DNA of 64,000 bases from Octopus vulgaris (lineage: Eukaryota). Of this stretch, positions 27,190 to 41,472 are shown in pieces. The position numbers were made by a program, and so were the translations under genes. Below the pieces are notes generated by a model. The model saw only the letters and a program-made list of their open reading frames with translations. It was not told where the DNA came from and did not search any database. Every line of letters starts with the position of its first letter. Position 1 is the stretch's first letter. The stretch lies in contig OX597814.1 in assembly GCA_951406725.2 (NCBI GenBank), positions 196,912,001-196,976,000 of the forward strand. The letters run 5' to 3'.

Positions 27190-28560
27190 TCTTCTCTAGG
27201 CACAAGGCTCGAAATTTTTGGGAAGTGGGCTAGTCGATTAGATAGACCCCAGTACGCAACTGGGGATGAAAAAGGATGAAAGGCTAAAGTCGACCTCGGC
27301 GGAATTTGAACTCAGGACGTAAAGACAGATGAAATACTGCTAAACATTTCACCCGGCATGCTAACGTTTCTGCCATCTCACCGTCTTAAAAATGTGGAAC
27401 AATATTTTCTACCCTAGACACAAAGCCCGAAATCTTTGGGGAGAGTGCCAGTCAATTCGATCAACCTCAGTATGCAGCCGGTACTTAATTTGTCGACCCC
27501 GAAGGATGAAAGCAAAGCCAACCTCGACGGAATTTGAACTCAGAACATAAAGTCAAGATGAAATACTGCTAAGCATTTCACCCGGCATGCTAACTTTTCT
27601 GCCAGCTCACCGCCTTAAAAATGTGGAACATATTATTTTCTACCCTAGGCACAAAGCCCGACATTTTTGGGGACGTGGCCAGTCGATTCGATCAACCTCA
27701 GTATGCAGCCGGTACTTAATTTGTCGACCCCGAAGGATGAAAGCAAAGCCAACCTCGACGGAATTTGAACTCAGAACATAAAGTCAAGATGAAATACTGC
27801 TAAGCATTTCACCCGGCATGCTAACTTTTCTGCCAGCTCGCCGACTTAAAATGTGGAACATATTATTTTCTACCCTAGGCACAAAGCCCGACATTTTTGG
27901 GGACGTGGCCAGTCGATTCGATCAACCTCAGTATGCAGCCGGTACTTAATTTGTTGACCCCGAAGGATGAAAGCAAAGCCAACCTCGACGGAATTTGAAC
28001 TCAGAACATAAAGTCAAGATGAAATACTGCTAAGCATTTCACCCGGCATGCTAACTTTTCTGCCAGCTCACCGCCTTAAAAATGTGGAACATATTATTTT
28101 CTACCCTAGGCACAAAGCCCGACATTTTTGGGGACGTGGCCAGTCGATTCGATCAACCTCAGTATGCAGCCGGTACTTAATTTGTCGACCCCGAAGGATG
28201 AAAGCAAAGCCAACCTCGACGGAATTTGAACTCAGAACATAAAGTCAAGATGAAATACTGCTAAGCATTTCACCCGGCATGCTAACTTTTCTGCTAGCTC
28301 GCCGACTTAAAAATGTGGAACATATTATTTTCTACCCTAGGCACAAAGCCCGACATTTTTGGGGACGTGGCCAGTCGATTCGATCAACCTCAGTATGCAG
28401 CCGGTACTTAATTTGTCGACCCCGAAGGATGAAAGCAAAGCCAACCTCGACGGAATTTGAACTCAGAACATAAAGTCAAGATGAAATACTGCTAAGCATT
28501 TCACCCGGCATGCTAACCCGGATGAAAAGTAAAGTCGACCTCGGCAGAACGAAATGCCGC
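27190..28560 (-). repeat. tandem array of ~6 units (~231 bp) of SINE family A plus spacer
   Basis: CTACCCTAG-CACAAAGCCCGA recurs at ~27409, 27640, 27870, 28101 and 28332; identical ORFs at 27587 and 28048. Confidence 0.95.
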
Positions 28561-28765
28561 TAAGACTTTAGTCTTGGATGCATCCTTGATCATCATCCGA
28601 TACACTCACATTAAATATGTACCTTCGTCTCAGGCTGAGTTCGAAAAAAAAAAATACTGAATTTCCAAAGAAAGCGATAATACAACAATGTATTTGGAGT
28701 TAATTATCTTTCAGTAATTACAGCCATATTGATTAGATGTCGAATTTTACCTCATTGATTACACA

Positions 28766-28835
<70 letters not shown>

Positions 28836-29194
28836 AACACACACACACACATGCACTAACACACACACACTCACACACACACACACACACACATACATCA
28901 TGATACTCATAATCAATTGTTCAAAATATATGTCTCCTTTAGGATAAAGCGCTCGGCCAGTATAGAGCGTAAAATCAACTAATGATGACAGACAAACGAG
29001 AATTACAGGATTATGCTCAATAGATGACTGTTGTTTCTGCTACGAAAAAAAAAACATTGCATTCAAGGTTGAGCTCTTGTGCATCGTCTTATAGCTCATA
29101 AAATCTATGGTTATTTCGGAAAACATTTAAAGTCGAAATTAACATACGTTTCATGTTAAGAACACTAAGGATGCTATAAGATGTTGCACAGGCT

Positions 29195-29360
29195 CCCAGC
29201 TCTGCACGCTCTGCATTCCATAGCAGAAAGACTGAAAGCTAGTGAAGTTACTTACGTAATTCTTGTTCCCTTGTCATTCAATATTAATATTATGCTACGC
29301 TCTGACAGATTTATTCTAAAGCATATATTTATTGAGTTTTAACAACTGGCTATTATGCCG
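29195..29360 (+). repeat. old dispersed repeat, second copy at 55790-55945
   Basis: AAAGCTAGTGAAGTTA-TTACGTAATTC-TGTTCCCTTG..ATTGAGTT-TAACAAC shared. Confidence 0.7.
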
Positions 29361-29379
29361 CAATACATACATACATAAT

Positions 29380-29675
<296 letters not shown>

Positions 29676-30418
29676 CGCACGTGTGTTTGTGTGTGTGTAT
29701 AATCAATACAATGAACGAGAGCTAATTGCATTGTTCCTTTCTGAAAATTTGCATATCAAAGAAAGTGAAAGTAGAATTCGGTTTTTAATCAATACGTGGG
29801 TCGATCTTAATAAAACGCTGAAGCCAACTGGGGAGGATAAACGTAGAAATTTGGCAGGAAAATTTAAAAGCTCTATGAAGATTCAAAATGGCGAAAATTT
29901 AACATAATTTTTTTTTTTTTGTTATCTAATGCTAGGACACCTGATGGTAGTCTCTGATCTCAACGATCGATAAATAAGCATAAAAATGAAGACTACATAC
30001 GAAGGACATAATGTTCAAGATTATTATTTGGGTATTACGTGAGATTATTTACTCGAATTTTCTAGAAGAATAACTATGGTCTGGGTAGACATTAAGAAGC
30101 TTAAAAACTTTAACATTAAAAGCACGTGTTTGTGTGGGCGGCAGTCAAGGCGTCCAGCTGTCCACTGCTTTGAGCAACTATTCATGATAGATATATTGGT
30201 CCGATATAAGAAATAATACGCATATATACACATATTTACATAATATCTCTCTGTTTATATGTCCCGTTTCTGTGCGTGTACGTATACATATATACGTATA
30301 TACAGGCACATACATATGTTTATATCAGTAGACACTTACGGTCCTCTGAGGGTAAATACCCAATCTTTATTTGATGTTTAAACAGATATACTTCACCCGA
30401 AATTTACTTCCTTAGTTG

Positions 30419-30464
<46 letters not shown>

Positions 30465-30466
<2 letters not shown>

Positions 30467-30795
30467 AAAAAGCAACAGGATATTCAGTGTGGATGCAGTA
30501 CGACCGTTTCAAGCGGCTCCATTTAATTGAACTATGCAATCATTGCATCAGTTTAAATGCAGAGCTATCCTCAGCTGCATAAATAAATAAATAGAATTAA
30601 TTTGGTGAGTCGGACACATTTGTATAATTTTATTTATATCCTCTAAGAGGGTAAGAAGACAGGTAATATCCATGCTGTTTTCACTTCAGCTAAGAATCTA
30701 CCCAGACACCAGGAAAAATGAAACTTGTTAGAGTTCTAGTTTGTCACAGATTTTTGGATCAGTTTTTATTTATAGTCTTCTTTATCAAATCTTTA
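30465..30795 (-). mobile_element. (TA)n-flanked short element carrying a hammerhead
   Basis: ~330 bp between two (TA)n tracts; contains HHR 30493-30580. Confidence 0.6.
30493..30580 (-). ncRNA. apparently intact type-I hammerhead ribozyme with extended stem II
   Basis: AUGCAG-CUGAGGA-U-AGC..AUUUAA..UGCAA/UUGCA..UUAAAU..GCU-U-GAAA-C(GGUC)G-UA-CUGCAU; all core nucleotides present, GUA cleavage triplet. Confidence 0.75.
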
Positions 30796-30801
30796 TATAT
30801 G

Positions 30802-30869
<68 letters not shown>

Positions 30870-31354
30870 AATACTGAATAAGTGCTATGCTATGTATAGA
30901 CCATAGTTAAGTTCCAGATTTGGTGATTATACGAATAAGGGGTCCAACTTAGGTCATATATCAGCGTGTGTATATAAACATTTTTTCTTAATGTGATAAA
31001 AAAAACACCAAGGCTGTGTAGATTTTAGAAGAACATTTTAGACCTTGTATTGATAAATGTGCTAAAATCTACACACCCTTGGGTTTTTTTTATCTCATTA
31101 CGAAAAAAATTATATATATTTATATACTCCTTATATTTTATTAAACTTTTAATACTTTTGATATATATTTAAAATAATATAAATTAATTAATTTTATGTA
31201 TTGGCTTATGTTTTTCATTGTTTGATTTGCCTAATAGTGGTTTTATCTCTAATTTAATATAATATAACATAATATATTTATACTATAAAATTGGATTTAA
31301 TCCTAAATCTGATTTTTCCCTGTAAGTTTGGATTTATTCCCTAATATTTTATTA

Positions 31355-31360
<6 letters not shown>
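30870..31360. mobile_element. (TA)n-flanked element with internal ~130-bp palindrome (30981-31110)
   Basis: GATAAAAAAAAC-CCAAGG-TGTGTAGATTTTAG versus CTAAAATCTACACA-CCTTGG-GTTTTTTTTATC. Confidence 0.6.
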
Positions 31361-31392
<32 letters not shown>

Positions 31393-31794
31393 GATGCTTA
31401 CAAAGATATATTTGTGCATACATATATATTTAGTTATGGATATACATGTGTGTGTGTGTGTGTGTCTGTCTGTCTGACTATCTGCCTGTGCTTATGTCTG
31501 TCTGTCTGTACTTATGTGTAGTGTGTTACGTGTGTTTGATGAGTGTCAATCTCGCCAATTACAATGACGCAGAATGTATGTCTGATTTGAAGGCGAGTGG
31601 AATAGATGGTCTTTTACAGCAGCATGAAACCTTAGTTGACAGTAAGATAACAGGAATTCTATTAGAAAGGAATTGGTATATATACATACAAAGAGACACA
31701 CAAATACACACACACACACACTTATAGACACACATATAGACATGAATACAGTAACACACATATATGTTCTTATCTATACATGTATATATAGATA

Positions 31795-32022
31795 TACTCT
31801 TTAACTCTTTTACTTGTTTCAGTCATTTGACTGTGACCATGCTGGAGCACCACCTTTAGTCGAGCAAATCGATCTCAGGTCTTATTCTTCGTAAGCCTAG
31901 TACTTATTCTATCGGTTTCGTTTGCCGAACCGCTAAGTTACGGGGTCGTAAACACACCAGCATCGATTCTCAAGCGATGTTAGGGGGACAAACACAGACA
32001 CACAAACATATACACACACACT

Positions 32023-32090
<68 letters not shown>

Positions 32091-32258
32091 TATATTCGAC
32101 GGACTTTTTCCAGTTTCCGTCTACCAAATCCACACAAGGCTTTGGTCGGCCTCAGGCTTGAGTAGAATACACTTGCCCATGGTGCCACGCCGTGGGACTG
32201 AACCCGGAACCATGTAGTTGGTAAGCAAGCTACTTACCACACAGCCACTCCTACGCCT
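31795..32258 (-). mobile_element. near full-length SINE family B
   Basis: Head GGCGTAGGAGTGGCTGTGTGGTAAG..GGTTCAGTCCC; internal (TA)n/(TG)n; tail ..CAGTCAAATGACTGAAACAAGTAAAAGAG. Confidence 0.9.
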
Positions 32259-32263
32259 ATGTA

Positions 32264-32315
<52 letters not shown>

Positions 32316-32699
32316 TATATAGAGGGCATTATTATACATACATGCCACACGCTAAGAGGGACAAAATTAGTAATTTCTACCAAAAATTTTACTAATCCAA
32401 CCGAATGCAATTTTTCAAAGTAAGACATTTAAAAAATATGGACTTGTATCACCTGTGATTTCATACCTCTGTATTCATCAGCAAGTCTGGACATATCATA
32501 AATAAACGACCCCACATCGTCAAAGCCGGGCAGCCAACTGACCAACATCAACGACGCACATGGGTTAGTTTACATATATTACATCCGGTAAATGGCAGAC
32601 TTTTACAATTGCATTTCGGGAAAGGAAAAGTTTTTTCGGAATAAAAATTTAGCAATTAAGGACAACTTCTTAATAAGGAAAACTTATTAAGAAGTTGTC

Positions 32700-32744
<45 letters not shown>

Positions 32745-32835
32745 ATATATATATGTATATATTTATACATAGCACAAATATCTCGCTTGTATGTCTATAC
32801 AACTAGATTATTATGCATCTCTCTCTCTCTCTCTC

Positions 32836-33036
<201 letters not shown>

Positions 33037-33659
33037 CACCATGTCATGTTTATAATATTCCTGCAGGAATTCTCGAGTAAATTAGTTTCTTTTTTCTTCT
33101 ATGTACATACCTAAAATTACGGTTTCCTACACTCATTTCCGAGTTTAAAATCGAACGCAATTCAATATATTTCCTTCCCGTGCCAAAAAAGTGTCTCAAA
33201 ACAAATTTTTGTACGCAGGACATAGTTTGCGTACCGTCTATTTGTTTTTCCTTGTGCACTCCCTGGTGTCTGTTATCATAGCTGTATCTCTGACGCAAAC
33301 CAACTTCCTCTATGTTACACTCTGCTGCGCCGAAAACTCTGCTAAGTGGGGTGAACCGGTGTCAATAAATTTTTGGCAAATTAATTATTGAAGCTAAAGG
33401 TTGTTGATCGATTGTCTACTGTAATGAAACATGTACTCGAGTCATTGATTAGTGTGCTAGGGAAGGATGGTAGGTGGAAGCAATTATAACAAAAACATCA
33501 CCAGCACCAATAATAATAATAATAACACCAATAACAATAATAATATAATATAATAATGATAATGATAATTATAATAATAATTATAATTATAATAGCAGTC
33601 ACAATAGTGGCAACAAAATTAATGATAAAATGCTTCTTTTATTATTTTTGTCTTCTGTT

Positions 33660-34330
33660 TTTTTTTACTCGATTCAGGCTGCGGCCATGCTGGAGTAAAG
33701 GTTTGAAGGGTTTTAATCGAAGGAATCGGGCCCAGTATAAATTTTTTTTTTAGTCTGATATATATTTGATCGGTCTTCTTTTGTCGCTAGTTTACTGGAG
33801 CTAAACAAACGTAAATTGAAACTAACACACACGCACACACTCACGAACACCTATATGTGTATACTCAAACGCACAAGCGCGGGCACACATACATAGAAAC
33901 AGGCGTTGTGTTTTCTGCAAACAAGAAGCAAATCCACTTGCAATGCTTTACTTGAAGAAGCACTTTCCCGAGGTATTAAGCAGTGGAACTCAATCCGAAG
34001 CCATGTGCTTCGGAAGCAATAATCTTACTACAAAACCACAAGTAAGTGTAGATATGTGTACCACCTTTTCTCATGAATAAGGTGCAGAGTCCGAAACATT
34101 TGTAGAGCGGCCAAAGTCAAACCGCTCAATTTTCTCCTGTTGAAGGAAAGCGAACTAATACTAATGGCTCTATATCACTATATACAAGATGCATACCCAA
34201 GACTTTCTGCACATTCCACCATCAAATTACGAACATTACAATTGTTACGTAATTCAGATCATCCTTAAACAGTTGCTAAGTTAAGAAACTATGTACTGTA
34301 TTTTCTTTATAGTGCTGTGTACTTTGTATG

Positions 34331-34364
<34 letters not shown>

Positions 34365-34528
34365 GACGGTCTTCTTTCAGTTTCTATCTACCAAATCCAT
34401 TCACAAGGCTTTGATCGGCTCCAGGCTAGAGTAGAAGACACTTGCCCTAGGTGCTACAAAGCGGGATTGAACCGGGAAGCATGTGGCTGGGAAGCAAGTT
34501 CCTTACCACACAACCACTCCTACGCCTA
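33660..34528 (-). mobile_element. degraded SINE family B copies (33660-34040, 34360-34528)
   Basis: Family-B motifs CTGCGGCCATGCTGGAG and CTACCAAATCCATTCACAAGGCTTTG. Confidence 0.7.
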
Positions 34529-34748
34529 TATGTTTACTAAGTTACTCTGTCCTGGGGGCGGGGGCGGTATAGGCGACGTCTTTGTTATAAACATAAGCGT
34601 TTCATGTGTATTTTACATGTTTCTTGCGTAGTTTCATAAAAAATACAAAACACATCGCTGCATATTGCGTAGGAATATGGAGTTGCTAACCAGTTTTGTT
34701 TGTGTAACTCCATTTTTATCTTACTGTCGATGACGGCACCGCAGGTAT

Positions 34749-34825
<77 letters not shown>

Positions 34826-34852
34826 TGTGTATGTGTCTGTGTATAACGTCGC

Positions 34853-34889
<37 letters not shown>

Positions 34890-35077
34890 TTGGTATACAT
34901 GTATGTATGCGTGTATGAGCAGAAACACTCATAGACGCATACACAGATATATATTTTTTTCCTTTTCGTCGATGTACACATTTGGAGAGTGAGAGAGAGA
35001 GTGACTGTGCACGAGGCATTTAAATAGATAGATAAACAGAGAAACAAGTAGATAGATAGATAGATAGATAGATAGAC

Positions 35078-35154
<77 letters not shown>

Positions 35155-35796
35155 TGCATTTATATATGAAGGGACATGCACATTTGAGAAAATGCAAATG
35201 CATCCCTGCAAAGAGAGAGTATGCACATGAAATGATGAATACACGACTGACATAGGTGTACATGTATGCACTGGTGTCCATTGTATGCATCCCCGTTTGC
35301 TTTGTGAATATGAATATGCATACTTGTATGCATCTGCATGCATACATACATATATACATACATATATACACATATTGTTATGTATGTTGTCATAAGCATG
35401 CATAGTTCGAGAGCATGCAATAATGAATGTTTAATGAATGTTTATGTTCATTTTCATAAGCAGTATGCGTTTATGCACGCTTCATTCTGTGTATACACTG
35501 GAAAAGCTGAAGAATCAATCACACACATGGAGGTGAGATACATTATGACTGACGCATCATCGAGAATGTGCCCGATTTTGTAGAAACGGTAGCCAAGGCT
35601 TCACCAACAAAATGCACCCTACCATCTCAGAATAGTCACACACATCACACACAAACATACACACACGAATATATATATGTATGTATAAATATATGTGTAT
35701 GTGCCTCTGTGTGTGTAAGTATTATATATGCATCTATATGTATATACGCATAGACACACATGCGCACATATATACGAACACACATATACATATACA

Positions 35797-35965
<169 letters not shown>

Positions 35966-36042
35966 GATGCGAAATGGTATGATTACAACCATATTCAACT
36001 TTTCACTTTTCCTTCTCTCTGCTCTTCTTCTTTATTTATTCT

Positions 36043-36157
36043 TCACTCTGATGAAGCTCCATGTTTCAGATCGATTTTATCACCAAATATGATAAATATT
36101 TTAGCATATCAATGGCAATGCCATACAACATTGGAAGCAGAAACGGCTGTTAGATGG
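36043..36157 (+). ncRNA. type-I hammerhead-like motif with ~85-nt stem II
   Basis: CUGAUGA 36048-54, A-GCUCCAUGUU..AACAUUGGAAGC-A, GAAAC(GGCU)GU-U-AG 36140-53; weak stem I; element abuts (TA)n. Confidence 0.55.
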
Positions 36158-37383
36158 GATGCAATCTATTTGTATTGAATTAATAAATAATAATTGATGT
36201 AAGTCAATTGTTGTTCATCGACATTTCTCCATTTTCTATCTTCGTTAAGTTTGATTCTGGATAAACTAATGTTTATCCTTGTCCTTACCTATAATTTATG
36301 AGCATAATATGCCTCCATATGTACCCATAGTTAAACACAAGTATTATACCGGTAGTGTAATGGATACTATATCACATAAAATGTTACTCAGTTTCACGTC
36401 CGACCAACGGGACCAACGGGAATGTGAAAACTCTGAGTAACAGTTTTTCTGATATTTTTCGACGCTTTTAAATAAAGCACATTACTCTACCTCTGGTATT
36501 CGAGTACTACTTTTCGACCTTGCTTCGTATTTATGTGCTTACTGTGGTATATATATATATATATATCATGTTTTATCTTTAGCTTGTTTCAGTCATTAGA
36601 CTGCGGCTATGCTTGGGCAGCGCCTTGCAATATTTTTTCGTCGAATGAATCGACCCCAATACACTTTTTAAACACTGGTACTTATTCTAGGGATCTCTCA
36701 CGCTGAACAGCTAAGTTATGGGGACTTAAACGCACCAACAGCAGTTGTCAAGGTTTGCATATTTTTTCTAATAAATGTTGGCGGAGTCTAGTTCCATAGT
36801 TCCATTCGTGTCAATCAGTCGATTCATAGACAATCGACTGACAACAAGAGAAAGTGTTCTATACCCTTATCTTCTTCAGATCCAGAAAAGAAAGTAAAAA
36901 CTGGATTTCCGTATCGTATTAGTCAATTTATTTTCCCAATTTAAAGACTCGAACGAAAGCAAAATAAATGTATTCACTTCTTGTTTGCATCGATTAAGTT
37001 TTCTAAATGGATAGTTAATAATCACCAAAGGTTGCCTTGGTTTAATGGTTTATAAATGTCCAACCGTTTTACAGGAGACATTCGGTTCAATTACTGTAGA
37101 TGAAGCTATCCATTAGGGGCCATATTTGCCTATTATTGATTTGTAGCATCTTATGCGTTTCAAGCTATAAAAGACACACAGATTATACATGTGTGTGTAA
37201 TCAATAAAACATATATCAGAAAAAAGCACACTCTACAGAATAGAGCACTAATTATTACAATAAAAATTAAAATCTTGCATATGCAGTTACCAAGGGGTTC
37301 GTATCCATAAAGCCAATGCCTTGTCGATACAAAAACCTTTGGTTACTCTAAGTACAAAATTCAAATTTTTGTTGTAATACATG

Positions 37384-37444
<61 letters not shown>

Positions 37445-37675
37445 AATTAAAATAAGAAAATACGCACACTTACATAGTTTTTATATAATTTTTAATATAT
37501 CGACCGGTTTCGATATCGCTATTCATGATATTATGTTTTACTTATTTGAATATGTATTTTTTCTTAAGAAGAAATTGTAGTTTAAAGATCTAATAGAGGT
37601 AGAATCAACAAAAAAGTAGTCCATCCAGTGAGAGATGATAGTCAATTTAAATGCACAACCGAAATAAGTAACAAC

Positions 37676-37875
37676 AGTTTCATGCTCTTAGAATACTTGA
37701 ACAGGCATATTTATAAAATACGCCATGTGTCTTAAAGCAACCTTTCAGGCTCTCTTTATGCCTTATATATATATTTAAAACAAGGACGTCTAAATGATCG
37801 CTTTAAGATACATGGCGTAGTTTATAAATATGCCTGTTCAAGTATCATAATAGCATGAAACTCTTAGTAGCTCTG
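37676..37875. mobile_element. ~63-bp-arm inverted repeat, Penelope-pLTR-like
   Basis: AGTTTCATGC..ATACTTGAACAGGCATATTTATAAA..CTTAAAGC (37676-37738) versus its reverse complement at 37800-37862. Confidence 0.75.
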
Positions 37876-38331
37876 TCGGATGTGTATTAAAATTGATATG
37901 TATGTCTGTGTATACGTACAACAATGCATGTCTTCTGACGATACTTGCAATTGGTTTGTGTGTTTGTCTACGATCACAAATTTCTTCCTTATTCAGTGTA
38001 TGCTTCTTTTGCATTAGAATTACTTCCATGCGTACAATTTCATCACAGTTATTGAATCGTTAGAATATGTTTGTTTAAATGTAGCAACAATTTAAACTTA
38101 AAATCTCTGTAATCAGTTCTCAATTATATTCCATTTTCATTCATGGTCTGATGTCTTGTTTACAATCAGGTCGAATACATTCTTTTTGTTGTCCTTTTTT
38201 TTGTTCTTTTTTTGTTGTTATCAACATGTTGGCTTAGAAAAGGATATAGAATCGGCTATCAGGAATCATTATATGTAACTGCTACCACCATCGCATATTT
38301 ATATCATATCTCCTGTAGAAACGGTAACTAG

Positions 38332-38376
<45 letters not shown>

Positions 38377-38563
38377 TCTCTATAAAAATACATACACACA
38401 CATATAAATAAGAATAGGTATAAAAGCACATACACAGAAATATACACATATACTTGACGTCATAGGAATTCAGAAAACTAGAAATGAACCTGAAATAATT
38501 ATATATATACTTGTTTACGTGTGCACATATTATATATATATATATATATATAATATATTTCTA

Positions 38564-38614
<51 letters not shown>

Positions 38615-39973
38615 CATTTATGTGTGTGACTGTGTAAATATGTGTATAGACATATAAATATACACACATACAAACAGACATAGACATACATACATACATA
38701 TGTACAGACATTATATATATATATGCATACATATGCATATTTGTATATGTATATGTGTACATACATGTATCTTTTCATTCTCCTGCATATAATCCGGCTT
38801 TGATTGACTACACGAATAAGAAGAGAAAATTAATATAATTTCATATCAGCTCCATGGTTTAATTCGTGGTTTCTACAACAAATACTTGTAGTTATGTCCT
38901 TCTGGCTATGTCTGGCTTTCTTTTAATCTTTTCTTGGTGGTTGAGATTCGGTAAATCTAGTACATTGTAGTTCTTTAGTATTAGTTTCTGTATTTTTTCT
39001 ATGTTTTCTTTTATCATTGTTAAATTTTCGTTTTGTGTGTAATGTATGCCATTGTATTACGAAGCTCATTCATCGAATTATGCTTTATATGATAATAGCA
39101 CCAGTCGTGGATCGTACAATTCTCTATGTATCTTGCTATGCATTTTATATATTAAAGCTTGTATATTTCTTTCTTTCTAAAAACCAGGAGCTTTAATTAT
39201 CATTGACTACTCTCTTTGCATTTGTTCTTCATTCATAAATGTTCCCTTCTTCTTTAAGGACTGAAATACATAGGTCAGTAGGAATTAAGGTGATTATAAG
39301 AGAACAACATTTTCCTTCTTTGTAGTCGAAAATAATGTCAGTCTGCACAGGCATTTGTCATAGAATAGCAGCTCTCTTACACTCAGTTATAGATTATTTT
39401 CAGATAAAATTTGGTGACTTTTGGCACGTTGCCTAATGGATAGAAATGTCGACTCGACCATGCCTGTAAAATATATTTGGTCTACGTCATAACATGACAG
39501 CACGAAACCGTCTAGTGCTTCTTGATATTGACTAAAAATATTTGCAATTATTATTAGCTCATGTCATGCGATTTTAGGTTTGTAGTACATATGAGCTAGG
39601 CATTTGGTTTCTACGACTGATCTTTCTGTTTGTTTGTTTGTTTTTCATTTTCGTGTCTTAGGACAAATAAGGCTGTTTCTTCGGTTTCCATGGCGTATAG
39701 GTGACCGCTATAATAATAGTACTACAGAACGTGGAGCCAGTCCGTTGCAATGTTCAAGACCTGCAATCTTGAAGGGGAAGTTGTAATATATTTTATCGAT
39801 TTCCGAAGGATGGAAGGCAAAGGTAACCTTCGCCGGATTTAAGCCTTTATGTTTCCTTTGAATCTTGCCATTTGTTCCAATTGCATTTAGAGGCTTAACC
39901 ACAACCGATCATCTGGAAATTCCTTATTGTTGAAGCTACAAATAACTATGTACATCTCTCACTCTCTCTCTCT

Positions 39974-40049
<76 letters not shown>

Positions 40050-40118
40050 GTGTGTGTGTACCTGTGTGTATATATATATGTATATATGTATATATGTATA
40101 TATGTATATATGCATATG

Positions 40119-40162
<44 letters not shown>

Positions 40163-40224
40163 TGTGTGTGTGTATGTATATATATATACTTCTTCACACT
40201 CCTATGTGACCCTGCTGTCCGGCA

Positions 40225-40410
40225 GTCGCCATGATAGATCGGTAGCCATTACATACTTTTTTTTTCTCTCCTTGTTTTTTTCTGTGACCCTTTCTGTAGA
40301 AGAGCGAACGCTCGAAACGTAAAAGACTTTCTCAATTCCTGAGCGTTATACTAATACATCTTTTTATTTCCACACCACCTATCTTCGTCTTTCGTTTTTC
40401 GTGACCTCTC
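40225..40410 (+). mobile_element. family H1 element with HHR motif (40289-40327)
   Basis: CCUUU-CUGUAGA-A-GAGC(GAAC)GCUC-GAAA-CG-UA-AAAGAC. Confidence 0.65.
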
Positions 40411-40722
40411 TACATACATACATACACATATCTGCATGCGCATCGCTTTATGTGTTGTTAGGTTTTTGGTAAAATGAATATGGATATCAGTTGAAGGTTT
40501 CTGACGTAAGCTTAATTTAAACACACCACCCATTATCCATGAGAATGCTTCAGATGTTCTGTACATATTCAGAATACTCCATATTAACACTATAAGATTC
40601 ATAAACACCTCTGCCAAGGCAATTTAAATCATAGTTGCTGGGAAGCCTAATTGACGTTTTACCTGCTTCAATTATAGATTTTGTATACAGGAATATCTGT
40701 ATGCGTCTGTGTGAGTGAGTGA

Positions 40723-40756
<34 letters not shown>

Positions 40757-41390
40757 GTATATGTATATATATTTGTGTGGGTGCATGCTCTATGTCGTCT
40801 GTGTGTTTGAGTGATTCTGTACGAATGCCAATGATTGACGAGGCTTTCAGAGATATTTAAAAGCTACAGGAGTTATGAACTTAAGACGTTCTGGTGAAAT
40901 TATCCTTTTACATTTTATTGAAATAGGCTTTGCTCTAAATATGCAGCTTCCGTTAAACGGAAGTACACCATTTTTATTTCAATCTCCATTGTCTAAGAAG
41001 AGCATAAAACATTCGAATGGCATTCTATCCTTTTGTCTTCCGTAAGATGGTATTAATGTAGTCTCAGATCATCGTATATATGTTGCAAAGATTTACAAAG
41101 AACAAAATTTAAAAGAATCATAATATCCTTGGCATATTCTAAAAATTTCCTTTACAAAATAATAACAAATGTGCGGGAAATCAAATTTCTCATTAGTCAT
41201 ATTGTCATTATGAAAATATTTTGGAAATTATACGATAATTGTATCAATATTTTATGAACTTTGATGATAGTATTTTCTCTTATGATGGGCAGATATTTTA
41301 ATAATGTTTTTTACTCTATCCATTTGTTTATATTTCCAGCTTATATGAATGTTATTTGTGTTATTGCGAAAAAATATATACGCAAAAATG

Positions 41391-41440
<50 letters not shown>

Positions 41441-41472
41441 CGCGCGTGCATACATGTGTATAACTATATTTC

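Noticed and set aside
27190-28560. CRISPR-like or tandem gene array
   Set aside because: Units are ~231-bp near-identical SINE copies with no unique spacers; eukaryotic context and no cas genes.
38830-39050. RKPDI..FVVE motif suggesting an RLE remnant (minus)
   Set aside because: Short, interrupted by stops, and no flanking conserved motifs.
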